A DNA stretch of 64,000 bases from the NCBI GenBank assembly GCA_001724265.1, contig MEDY01000659.1:1-64000 (forward strand). The letters run 5' to 3'. How positions within the stretch are numbered: position 1 is the stretch's first letter; each line of letters starts with the position of its first letter. Position numbers and translations under genes: made by a program. Under the pieces are notes generated by a model. That model made no database searches. It was not told the origin of the DNA and saw only the letters and a list, made by a program, of their open reading frames with translations. Below are positions 1-9,659 of this stretch, piece by piece. Source of the DNA: Rhizaria sp. SCN 62-66 (lineage: Eukaryota).

Positions 1-495
1 GGCGGGGGGCTCACGGTAGCCAGTGAGGATGGAGTAGATGTAGTTCTCCTCGCCGTGACGCGCCTTGACAATGCAGGACAAGTCCGGGGGCAGGGCGCCG
101 CCGTTGCCGAAGCGAGCAGTCTCGTCGTTAGGGTAGGGCTTGGGGAAGTAGTCAAAGAGCTTACCGGGACGGTCGAACATGTCACCCTCGTCGTTGGGGC
201 CGTCCTGGACCTCGTACGTCGCGGCGATCATCTTGGCCTGGGCCTCGGTGTGGGTCACACCAACAAGGTTGCGGAAGGCAAGAAACTTGAGCGAGTGGCA
301 CGTGGAGCACACCTGGCGGTAGACCTCAAAGCCGCGGCGCAGGGAGCGGTGGTCGAAGCCCTTCCAAAAGGTGTCGCGGTGGGGCCAGCTGCCGTGCACG
401 GGGTGCAGAGCGTCGTCGCTGGCGCGAGCCGTCTTCATAGACGTCGCAGTCGCAGCGGTCACGCCGCTGGCGACGAAAGCAGCCAGGAAGTTCAT
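1..495 (-). CDS. CYC1: Mitochondrial cytochrome c1 (complex III), 5' part; continues beyond the left edge of the window
   Basis: My translation from ATG 495 (absent from the ORF track): [69 protein letters not shown]...[25 protein letters not shown]...[30 protein letters not shown]. It has the CxxCH haem motif and PPDLS. An upstream coding exon is not excluded, because there is an AG acceptor at 505-506. Confidence 0.97.
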   Translation of the reverse strand, partial: MNFLAAFVASGVTAATATSMKTARASDDALHPVHGSWPHRDTFWKGFDHRSLRRGFEVYRQVCSTCHSLKFLAFRNLVGVTHTEAQAKMIAATYEVQDGPNDEGDMFDRPGKLFDYFPKPYPNDETARFGNGGALPPDLSCIVKARHGEENYIYSILTGYREPPA

Positions 496-760
496 GCCGA
501 GGCGCTAAAAAATACGAAACAAAGACACAACAAGGGCGAAAAGTGAGATTGGCCACCAAGTGGGGTGGGACGGGGCAGCTGGGACACTCCACACAGCTCC
601 CCTGAACGCAAAACAGTGCCACTAGTCACAGCACCAGTGTTACTAAATAAAACACAACGCAAAGTAAATTAGAGTTAATCAGCAGTACTATATGCAGCTT
701 CCTAACGTCACAAAGACCAACTTTTGAATTCCGCATCTAAGGGACCCTTACTTTTCCCCA

Positions 761-803
761 CGCCCACAGTCACGCGGGGCCACCAGCCAAATGACTGTGA
801 GCG
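761..803. repeat. Inverted repeat in the divergent CYC1 / ARM-like intergenic region
   Basis: CGCCCACAGTCA (761-772) pairs with TGACTGTGAGCG (792-803), 11/12 match. Confidence 0.55.
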
Positions 804-1270
804 CTGCGGTCGGGCCAGTCCTTATCCACGTAACTCGCTGCCTATTCAGTCAGATATCCTCAATTGTGTTTAGTTTATTGAAAATTCTGGCAGGGATTTC
901 AATATGGCAAGATATTTTATAATAGAAAAGCGTATTATACGTAATATGGCATGAATAAAGGAGCAGTAAATTCTAATAAAATCTATTTTAATGACTCTTT
1001 CGTGAGTGATTTGCTATTTGTCAGAATGAGGCACCTGTGCGAAAGTATTGATGCTTATTGTCAAAACAAAAGGGAGTAATCCTTTTAGTTTAAGGTATGA
1101 ACCTGGACATTTGTTCGGTTATATCTGCTCAATTCACGTGAGATGAGCACCCGTCAGCTTGTTGCTGGTGTTTTAATGAAAGAGTGTAAATAAACGAACG
1201 TAGGCGACAACAACTTTTCTGTTTTTTTCTGTTTTTTTCTGTTTTTTTTTTAAGCTCGAATTGACGTTAC

Positions 1271-3076
1271 ATGCTCAACATGAATAAGTACCAGAACGCT
1301 GTTCAAGCTGCGCTATCTCTGTGCCCCCAACTCTCGCTTGAGGGAGTGAACGAACTCGGACGTGTCTATTCGCAGAGTCAGTCCGAAGATGAGGACAACG
1401 CTGAGTTCAAAGATGTGATCGATGAGGACGTGTTCGTAGCACTGGCCTCTAACATTGCTATGCCGCTCTGTGAAGATCACATGTCGACCATGCGTCGTCT
1501 CTTTGCGACTCTCCAGGTGTTCACGTGTCCTGTCGTGCTGACCTGTGACCGGGGCTACAAAGCCGTGGTCGCTGCGGGCTGCTTCGAGGCTGTTCTCAAC
1601 TGTGTCGCAGCGCCCGGCGCGACCCTGCACACTGACGGTCCTCACTATGCTCAATATCAGTCCCTTGTCGATGTGAGCAGGTACGCCGCGCGCTCGCTGG
1701 AGACAATGTTGCTGTACTTAAACGATTGCTCTGCACTTGTCGAGTCTGGCTTCTTCGCCACACTTCTGTCCGCAACTTAGGTGGACAGTGACGCATTTCC
1801 TCTGTTGGCACTCGCTGTGCGGGCGATCGTCGAGCGCATTCCGCTGCAGTCTTACACCGTTGTGCGCGCTGCGCTGCCTGTGCTCACGCGCGCTCTCAAG
1901 CAACACGAAGCTCCCCTCGAGCACTCGCATGTGGACCCAGACATTCTCGTATTGCAAGTCTTGACAACGTTGCGCACGCTCTTTGACGTGAGCTCGTGCA
2001 AAAGCGACCTCGCTGATCTCACCTCTTCGTCTCTGTGGCCTACGCTTGTGGCGCTGCTTGACTAGCCCGCAGTGCGCGTGACTGCGCTGAGCGTGCTCGG
2101 GCTGCCCGCCGCCGCCGCCGCCGCAGGGCTGCGCTCGGTGGCCGCCGTCGCACTGCGGTGCTACTCGCCCGCTCTGCTATCATAGCTCTGCGCACTGGCG
2201 GGACTGCCCGCGGCCGAGTGGCGGCAGGTCGCGCCTGAGCTGCTCAACCTGCTCGCAGACGCGGCCTCCGCGGCGCCGGCGCTCGCTGAGAGGATTGTGG
2301 CGGTGCGCGCCGTTGATATCTTGTCGCCAGCGCTGCCGTTAACCCTAGGAAACAATCTGGACCTGCCGTGTGACTCGCGATGGATTGTTGCCGCTGCGTA
2401 TGCGCGCTTGATGCTGAGGCTGCTTGAGCGTCCCATGTGTGGCAACGGCAACGGGCGGACTAACGTCGCGAACAGCGCCTTCTATGTTGGAAACCTGTCC
2501 GCCGACGCTGCTGGCGCTGGCAACAACGGGGGCGCAGATGACTGGAGCGATAGCGGCGACAGCTGGGCCACAGGCAACGACGATGACAGCGGTTATGGCG
2601 AAGCCGGTGACTGCCCCGAAAGCGGTGGCCCCGCGCTACGCAATCCGGGGGCGTGGGTTGACGCGCGCGCAGAGCCCTACAGCGCAGCGCAAATGGTGGC
2701 CGCGGCGACGCAGCTGCTGCGCACAGGCGCAGTGCGCTACGCGGTGGACGCGATCCGCATTGGTGCCGGCGCGTTGTCTGCGATGGCCTGGGCAGCGTGC
2801 GAGCGTCTCGCCTTGATGCTCACTGCTCTCCTGCGGGTTGGCGCGGGCGCTGATCCAGATCAAAGCGACGATGACGCTGTGTCTGTGCGAAACCAGGTGC
2901 TGGCACAGTTCTTTGACGCCGGTGGCCGGGATGTGCTGACCACGCGTGCACTTGATGTGTATGGGCTCCATGCCCGTGCTGCCGCGTTTGCGTTGGCGAT
3001 GAGGCGGATGGCAACTCTTGTGCGAAGTCTTGCGCCACTGGATGACGATGCACGAGATTTACCTGGCGATATTTAA
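1271..3076 (+). CDS. ARM/HEAT-like helical protein, 601 aa if three in-frame TAG codons are read as sense
   Basis: ORFs 1271-1780, 1781-2065, the 2066-2296 stretch and 2297-3076 share one frame. They are separated only by TAG at 1778, 2063 and 2183, and the frame ends in TAA. ARM-like segments: AVVAAGCFEAVLNCV, ALVESGFFATLLS, LWPTLVALLD*PAVRVTALSVLG. Confidence 0.7.
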
Positions 3077-3491
3077 CTTAAAACTCAATGAAACAATACA
3101 CATTGGATACCGTTCTGAATTATGTAAAGTAATCTATGTATCAATACGATTTTTAATGACGCTAATATAGAGGATCACTCCGCAGGATAACTAGTAAGGC
3201 TTGTTAGAATGTAGTGATTCAAGTTGTACATGTACTAACATATTTTTTTGAAAAGAAAAGAAATAGTGAAATGAGTCTTAAGCAAAGAAAAACGAACGTA
3301 AAACAAAAATAATTGTTTTAAAACGTAGCATGAATAAGAAATGTCCCGTTTTTGTAAGGTTAAATTTGACTGTAACTTAATGTAACAGTTGTGTGGAAGA
3401 AGACTCGCATCCATGAAAAAAAAAAACAAGCGCAGTCCTACACATCATTGAGACGAATGTGCAACACACACAAAAAAGAGAGTGCATACAG

Positions 3492-6400
3492 TCACTGCGC
3501 GTTGTGCGAGTTTTCAGCCGCATTCCAAGCCTCGGCGGCCGCGACGTCGGCGCGCAAGCCTTCCTCCAGCGCGCTGGTGGCGCTTTCAGTCGCAGCGGCA
3601 TTCGGCGCTGGAGCGACGGTGGCGGTGACCGCGGAGGGGCTGTGCTCCACGGAGTCCAGCGGTGGCGACGGAGAGGGCGACCAGCTGACTGTTAGCGGCG
3701 GTGCCGCAGCGAGGCCGAACGCCGCCGCGTCGCTCGAGTCGCCGAAGCTCTGGACAGCGCCCGCCGCGGCCGCGTCCGGGGCGACAACGGACCCCACAGT
3801 CGAGGCGCGGTCAAACACAGGCGCGGGCGTCGGTGCAGGCACGGCGACGGGGACAGGCGCGGGCAGCATCGTCGCAAACGCAGAGTCATCGAACGCGTTC
3901 GCAAAGTCAATCTGCGTTGCAGGCTCGGGCGGCGCAGACTCCGCGGCTTCCGCAGCCGCAAGAGCTGCGACGGGCGTCGAAACGTTGCTGTGTGCCGTCA
4001 GCGGCTTCAGCTCGATCTCGCTCCCCGCGGCCCCAGTGGGCGCAGTGGATGCGACCTGTGCGCCAGTGGGGTCAGTGGCGTTAGCGGTCTTTGCACCGGC
4101 GATGAGGTGCTCCTGATGGTCGATCGGGGTCCCGGCCGCGGCGCTGGGCGAATGAGACTCGGCTGCGCCGTCGTCAGCGGCACTGGGGGCGTTGAGTGCA
4201 AGCGCGGCAGCGCCCAGCCCGCCAACACTGACGCCAGCGCCGACCCCAACAGCGTCATCATTCAACTGAGAGTCGCGGTCGTGGTGGTGGTGATGCTTGT
4301 GGTGCTTCGGCTGCAGCTGCGGGCGCGGCGGCGGCGGAAGCGACGAAGGTCCGCACTCATCAAGCCCGTCGTCAACGGCGCCCTGCTCCTTGTAAACGCG
4401 CGAGTGCGTTTCGTACATCGGACCCCAGGGCGCGGACTGGAAGCGCTTGCGGCCGAGCACGGCGCCCGGGATGCCGCAGAAGATGGTGATGAAGATAAGC
4501 ATGAACCAACCCGCGCCCATCCAGTAGGCCGCGTCGAAAACGTTGCAGCACGTCGCGTCGCGGACCGTCGTATAGGCCGCGCTGATGTACTGGCAGCCGA
4601 ATATGCGCGCAAACTCGCTCGTCACAGTTGTCAGCGCAGTGCTTAGCGCTGCCGCGGAGGCATTGACGGCCATTGCCCACTGCGGCTGCACCGGGCCAAA
4701 GATGTCGTCATCGGCCAGGCCGACGCGGCTTGTGATGAAGTTGATCGGCAAATCAGCCGCAAACTCGCCCACCGAGGTCCAGAGCGCGTCAATCGTGTTT
4801 TCGGTGTCGCACGAGCCGTGCGCGAGGTCTTGCATCGTCTGCAGCAGGTTCACGGTGATGTTGGAGCGCAGAAAGTGGATGTCGCAGCCATCGATCTCGC
4901 GCGCGTACGTAGCTGCGGAATCCAGAGGCACCGCGTCCGCCCAGGGCTTGCCCGTGGTCGGCGAGTAGCAGTGCTCTGAGAGCGTTTCGAGCGCGACCCT
5001 GTGCAGCAGATTGTCCATCGAGCGGCACGTGTCGGCGCCGACTATGAGCACGGGAAACACGAGCGCGCCGACGATGAGGGAGCCAATGAAGGCGAGGAAA
5101 AACATGAAGCATAGCGACACGTTGGTGAGGTGAATCGTCGCTGTGTCGGTGCGCTTGCCGAAAAAGAAGACGAGCAGCGACGCCACCAGCAGCAGAGCCG
5201 CAGCAAACGAGGGCACGATGAACGGCACTGACACGAGCTGACGGCGTGAGAGTGAGAGGGGAATCATGCCGTTGGAGCCTGAATCCATCGAATCCTGCTC
5301 AAAAAGAGTCATCGACCTGCGCATGCACGAGTTGGTGACGCACACCTTGTCATTTTTGTAGCGATTCCCTTCTTTGTCATGAAATACCGTGTTCAGAGTC
5401 GGGTCCGCCAGATCGTAGATCATATTGTTAAGGTTGACAAGCGCGGAAAAGAAGTAAACTGCGCCCGCTTCAGTGATGAGCTTGGGGTCGAGGCGCTTGA
5501 GCAGCTCCAGGAGATCCTTAAACCACTGCTCGTCGCTGACTTTGAAGTCCATGTCGAACAGGTCCTGGTTCTCCTGCATGCAGTCGCTGAGGCTCTCTGT
5601 GGCGTCCACAAGCTCCCCCAGTGCGCCGCCTGCACTGTCCTTGTGCGCATACATCTCCGAGTCCAGGTGGTCCGCGTACAGCGGCAGACAGTAGTTGACG
5701 GCGTTGAGAAACTCGAGGAATTTCATGACATCGCCGACCATGTCCAGCCCCAGCGCGCCGGCGACGGCGTCAACGACGGCCGACTCAACGCCGTTGACAA
5801 CGCTGCTAGCGGCGTCTCCCAGCGCCGAGCCCACGTCGACGAGCGTGCCCGCCACGTCACCGGGGCTCACCGCGCTCACAGTCGACGCCACGTCGTCGGC
5901 CAGGGCGTCGAGAGCGTTGCCGGTGTCGGTGAGAAGACCGGCGGCGTCGCTCGCCGTCGTCGACGGCAGCTGCGGCAGCTTCGGTGGCGAGAAACTAACC
6001 GCACTGAGAGTGACATTACCACTGCTCTCACTCATCTCACTGCTGTTCACACTGCTGCTCCTGCTGCGAAGTGCGGTCGGTGACGCGAGCGCAGAGGAAG
6101 AAGCAGCTCCAGTGCCGCCAAGGCGGGCGTTGAACAGCGCGTGCGCGGTCCACTTCGCGTCCGTCCCGTTGGCAGCCAGCACTGTGGTCTGCGTCGCGGC
6201 AACGGCGTCCTGCGCTGACGCGAGCAGCGCCCCGTGGGCAGCGGTCTCGGCAACAGTGGCAAGCGAGCCCAGCGTGCTCGCCAGCGCGGCCAGCTGCGCC
6301 GTGACACGCGGGCACCGGTCGCCGGCGGTGATGCAGTCAGCGTCGGTGTCGCACGCAGTGGAGAACACTGTCGCGCAGCGCGATACGCCGAGTCCTGCGC

Positions 6401-9236
6401 ACACGCCGGCAACGCTGTCGGCGCAGTCCGCGTCTGCTGCACACGCAACTAGCGCACCGGTCGCGTCGTACAGCGTGGGGCCCGCAGTGGTGTTCCCGCA
6501 GTAGCCGGACTGCAGCGCGGAGACGTACGCGGCGGTGGCCGCGAGCTCAGTCGTCACCATCGTGCGCGCGGCGTCAATCTCGCCCAGCGCGCTGCGCAGC
6601 GACTGCAGCGAGGCCGCCGTGAGGGCAGCGCCGCCGGGCTCGGGCGCGACCGCGGCCGCGGCGGCGACGATGGCGGCGTAGAAAGCAGCCGCGTCGTCGA
6701 TGGTCAGCCCGGCGGGGTCGCCATCGGCGGCGGGCGCGGCGGCTGTGGTGAGGTAGCCCAGGAGCGCAGCGTACGTCTCGGCAGCGTAGGCCAGAGCGGT
6801 CGCGTTGACGTGGATGAAGCTGAGCGAGTCCGCAGTCGTCTCCGCAGCCGCAGAGCTCGTGTTGAACACCAAAGCCACGGTCGCGTTGGTGACGGCCGCG
6901 GCGCCGGCGGAGAACGCGGTGAGATCGAGTCCCTGCGCCGCGGTCACCGCCGCCGTATACGAAGTGTTCGCGCGCAAGAGCGCGGTGTCAAACGCGGTAT
7001 AGTTCGCACCGACCGAGAGGAAGTCCATCAGCGCGTCCTGCGCGGCCTTCGGCAGAAGGTACATTGTGCGGTTAAAGCGTGTCAACGCGGATTCAACGGG
7101 CAACACGTCGCCGACGACGGTGGCGATGTTGGCCGCTGCGGTCCACACAGCCTCAGCAAAGAGCGACTGGCGCGCCAGCACAGGCGCGAGCGCCGCGGTG
7201 TAGCCGGCGCACTCGCTCTCCACAGGCGCGAGGCGCAGCGCGGGTAGCCCGCCGTCCGCACTGTCGTCGCCCCCGTCGTTGACGCGCGCGGCGGCGACGA
7301 CGGCGGCGGCGGCCGTGGCCAGCGGATCGAGCCCGGCCGCAAACGCGCTCGCACTCAGCGCCGCGACCGCGCTACGTGCGTCTGTCACCGCGCCGTGCAC
7401 CGAGGCGTCGGTGGCTACGGCGGCTAATAGCGCGGTGACCGCGGCGGAGTAGGCGTCCCACGCGGCCAGCGTCTCGGTCAGCTCGCCGTACACGCCGCCG
7501 TCACCAGAGCTTGCGGTCATAGCAGCGGTCATGGCACTCAGCCCCGACGCGAGATCAGTCAGAGCGGTCGAATCAACAGGGTCCTCTACCGAAGCCGCGG
7601 CCGCGTTGAGGGCGGTCACGTTGCTCTGGAGCGCGGTGTAGCTCGCGGGCAGCGGGCGGTCGGCCGCAGCCACGGCGGGCAGCAGAGACGCCAGTGCGGC
7701 GGCGGCGGCGACAGCGGCGGTGTGGTCGGCCGCCACAGCGGCGACGTCGGTGGCCAGCGCGGTCGTGGCGGCCAGCATCGGCGCCAGTGGGGCCGTCAGC
7801 GCCGCTGCGAGCTCGGTCTTAAACGCAGCGGCTTTGGCGCTCACGGCTGAGAAGGTGTCGCCGAACGCGGTCACTGCCGCACCGGGCGTCGGCGTATAGG
7901 TCTCAGTATCATCAGTCTCAGTCTCCGCATCGTCAGCCTCAGCCTTAGTCTCCGAAGCAGAGACAGTCTCGGTTGCGCTTGCGCTCGTAATCACGCCCAT
8001 GGCCTCCGTGGGCAGCACCATCATAGCGAACGTCACTGCAGTATTCGGGATCATGACCATAGCGCCACTGCTGTTGCTGTCAGCGGAGACGGAGTTGAAG
8101 TCAGCGAGTGCGGCCGCAACGAACGCGTCTGCGTCTTTCGTGTCCGCGCCGCCCCCGGACACGGTACCCGCGGCGGCCCTGGCGCGGCCGAGCCCGGCGA
8201 TGAGCTCCGCGACGGTGAGGTTCGACAGGTCGTTAATCTGCCCGAGCGTCGTGTGGGTGAGGGAAACGATGGCGTACGTGGCTGAGACGGCGAGGAACGT
8301 TGCGAGCGGGGTGGTCGAGTGCGCAACCAGCAGCGCAGCGGGCGTGGGGGAGACCGACAGCGAGTACAGCGACTCCTCGAACGGGTTATTGCCCAGCACC
8401 GAGACGAGGATCATGAAGATGAGAGCGAGGATCACGAACGTCCAGCTGAGACCGCGCGCGAGCCATTTCTCCCACGCCGGATACGCGAAACCGCCGGGCG
8501 CGGAGGCGTCACGGACGTAGCCGAAGCAGCCGCAGCAACACGTCGTGTCCCCCGTGCTGCGGCTCTCGGGCAGGTTCTTGACCGTTGGGAACGAGCGGCA
8601 GCAGCAGACGACGCCGCCGCCAGCGGTGCGGGGACCCATTTTGGTCTGGGCGCGCGGGGCGCAGCAGCAGCAGAGGTAGCGGCCTAAGCAGAGCGCGACG
8701 AAGTAAATAGTGACGCCGAGGAAAAGCGCAAGCCCAAAGCAGATGTAGAAAAGAAGCGAATCGTAGTAGTTCTGCGGGTCCGTCTCGCTGGTCGGCGCGG
8801 GCATGGCGAGGCTGAGGTCAAGCGTGAGCCCGCACGTCGTGGCATTGCCCTTTGAGGCGTCGCGGCGGCATGTGTAGACGTCGTAGAAGCCGAGGTTGCT
8901 CGTCACGCTGTCGCCGTAGCGGTTCATGCGCGGGAAACCCTTGACGTCGTTGATTGAGGCGGAGGAGGCCAGACATGCTTCACAGGAGACGGGACCACTC
9001 ACTGCGCCGCAAATAACTTCACCGACGACAGAGTCACTGTCCTGGGCGTCCACCGCGTGAGGGAAAAGTACCACAAGCAAGGCGCAGATAAAGGTCGTCA
9101 GTGCGCATATGCGTGGAGGAACGCGAAAGCGTGGCAGCATTCCACAACACGCGCACGGGCGGAGTCTCGGAGATGTAGTTCCAGGACCTTTTTGAATGGT
9201 CGAATGGGAGAAGAAGAACGTGGCAGGGAGAGACAT
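3492..9236 (-). CDS. Prominin/tweety-like pentaspan membrane glycoprotein with a very large first extracellular loop
   Basis: Signal-peptide-like N-terminus (the true start may be ATG 9140). TM1 is followed by a CCCC cluster, then TM2, a loop of about 1000 aa with many NxS/T sites, TM3-TM4 ending ADTC, a second Cys loop, and TM5 CCNVFDAAYWMGAGW. Stop TGA. Confidence 0.65.
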   Translation of the reverse strand: MSLPATFFFSHSTIQKGPGTTSPRLRPCACCGMLPRFRVPPRICALTTFICALLVVLFPHAVDAQDSDSVVGEVICGAVSGPVSCEACLASSASINDVKGFPRMNRYGDSVTSNLGFYDVYTCRRDASKGNATTCGLTLDLSLAMPAPTSETDPQNYYDSLLFYICFGLALFLGVTIYFVALCLGRYLCCCCAPRAQTKMGPRTAGGGVVCCCRSFPTVKNLPESRSTGDTTCCCGCFGYVRDASAPGGFAYPAWEKWLARGLSWTFVILALIFMILVSVLGNNPFEESLYSLSVSPTPAALLVAHSTTPLATFLAVSATYAIVSLTHTTLGQINDLSNLTVAELIAGLGRARAAAGTVSGGGADTKDADAFVAAALADFNSVSADSNSSGAMVMIPNTAVTFAMMVLPTEAMGVITSASATETVSASETKAEADDAETETDDTETYTPTPGAAVTAFGDTFSAVSAKAAAFKTELAAALTAPLAPMLAATTALATDVAAVAADHTAAVAAAAALASLLPAVAAADRPLPASYTALQSNVTALNAAAASVEDPVDSTALTDLASGLSAMTAAMTASSGDGGVYGELTETLAAWDAYSAAVTALLAAVATDASVHGAVTDARSAVAALSASAFAAGLDPLATAAAAVVAAARVNDGGDDSADGGLPALRLAPVESECAGYTAALAPVLARQSLFAEAVWTAAANIATVVGDVLPVESALTRFNRTMYLLPKAAQDALMDFLSVGANYTAFDTALLRANTSYTAAVTAAQGLDLTAFSAGAAAVTNATVALVFNTSSAAAETTADSLSFIHVNATALAYAAETYAALLGYLTTAAAPAADGDPAGLTIDDAAAFYAAIVAAAAAVAPEPGGAALTAASLQSLRSALGEIDAARTMVTTELAATAAYVSALQSGYCGNTTAGPTLYDATGALVACAADADCADSVAGVCAGLGVSRCATVFSTACDTDADCITAGDRCPRVTAQLAALASTLGSLATVAETAAHGALLASAQDAVAATQTTVLAANGTDAKWTAHALFNARLGGTGAASSSALASPTALRSRSSSVNSSEMSESSGNVTLSAVSFSPPKLPQLPSTTASDAAGLLTDTGNALDALADDVASTVSAVSPGDVAGTLVDVGSALGDAASSVVNGVESAVVDAVAGALGLDMVGDVMKFLEFLNAVNYCLPLYADHLDSEMYAHKDSAGGALGELVDATESLSDCMQENQDLFDMDFKVSDEQWFKDLLELLKRLDPKLITEAGAVYFFSALVNLNNMIYDLADPTLNTVFHDKEGNRYKNDKVCVTNSCMRRSMTLFEQDSMDSGSNGMIPLSLSRRQLVSVPFIVPSFAAALLLVASLLVFFFGKRTDTATIHLTNVSLCFMFFLAFIGSLIVGALVFPVLIVGADTCRSMDNLLHRVALETLSEHCYSPTTGKPWADAVPLDSAATYAREIDGCDIHFLRSNITVNLLQTMQDLAHGSCDTENTIDALWTSVGEFAADLPINFITSRVGLADDDIFGPVQPQWAMAVNASAAALSTALTTVTSEFARIFGCQYISAAYTTVRDATCCNVFDAAYWMGAGWFMLIFITIFCGIPGAVLGRKRFQSAPWGPMYETHSRVYKEQGAVDDGLDECGPSSLPPPPRPQLQPKHHKHHHHHDRDSQLNDDAVGVGAGVSVGGLGAAALALNAPSAADDGAAESHSPSAAAGTPIDHQEHLIAGAKTANATDPTGAQVASTAPTGAAGSEIELKPLTAHSNVSTPVAALAAAEAAESAPPEPATQIDFANAFDDSAFATMLPAPVPVAVPAPTPAPVFDRASTVGSVVAPDAAAAGAVQSFGDSSDAAAFGLAAAPPLTVSWSPSPSPPLDSVEHSPSAVTATVAPAPNAAATESATSALEEGLRADVAAAEAWNAAENSHNAQ

Positions 9237-9659
9237 TAGGTGAATATTTGGAGCAGAAAATTAAAAATCATCAAGGAAAAAATGTAAAGTATTCGTTTTC
9301 ACAAACACATGCGGTATGACGATCATAGTAGCGATAAATTCATGTTTAAAGTTTGGCTTAAATGGTTGTCAGCGGAGTCGAAGTTGGAGTGCGCTACGCA
9401 GTCTGCTTGAAAAAAATGTTCATCAACGCATAAAATAACATAAATGGATGCTGATTCAAAAATGACCAAAGATAAGTATATACGGTGTATTAGGTAAACA
9501 TGTGAGTGTGTCAAATTGATCTTGACGTTTAAGATACTACATAAAATAAGTGTGTGTAAGAATTAGGCAGTGATGAGACAACAGGAAAGTGGCATATTGT
9601 CTCTCAGCCTCGGCTCACGGGAGTGCCATTGTAATATCAGCGCGGACGCAGCCAGCCAT

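Noticed and set aside
55-546. 163-aa plus-strand ORF
   Set aside because: Antisense shadow of cytochrome c1.
1681-1780. CAG|GTACGC at 1681 as the donor of an intron ending at the first TAG
   Set aside because: The intron would be 100 nt, shift the frame and reach TGA at 1962-1964, losing the downstream ARM-like sequence.
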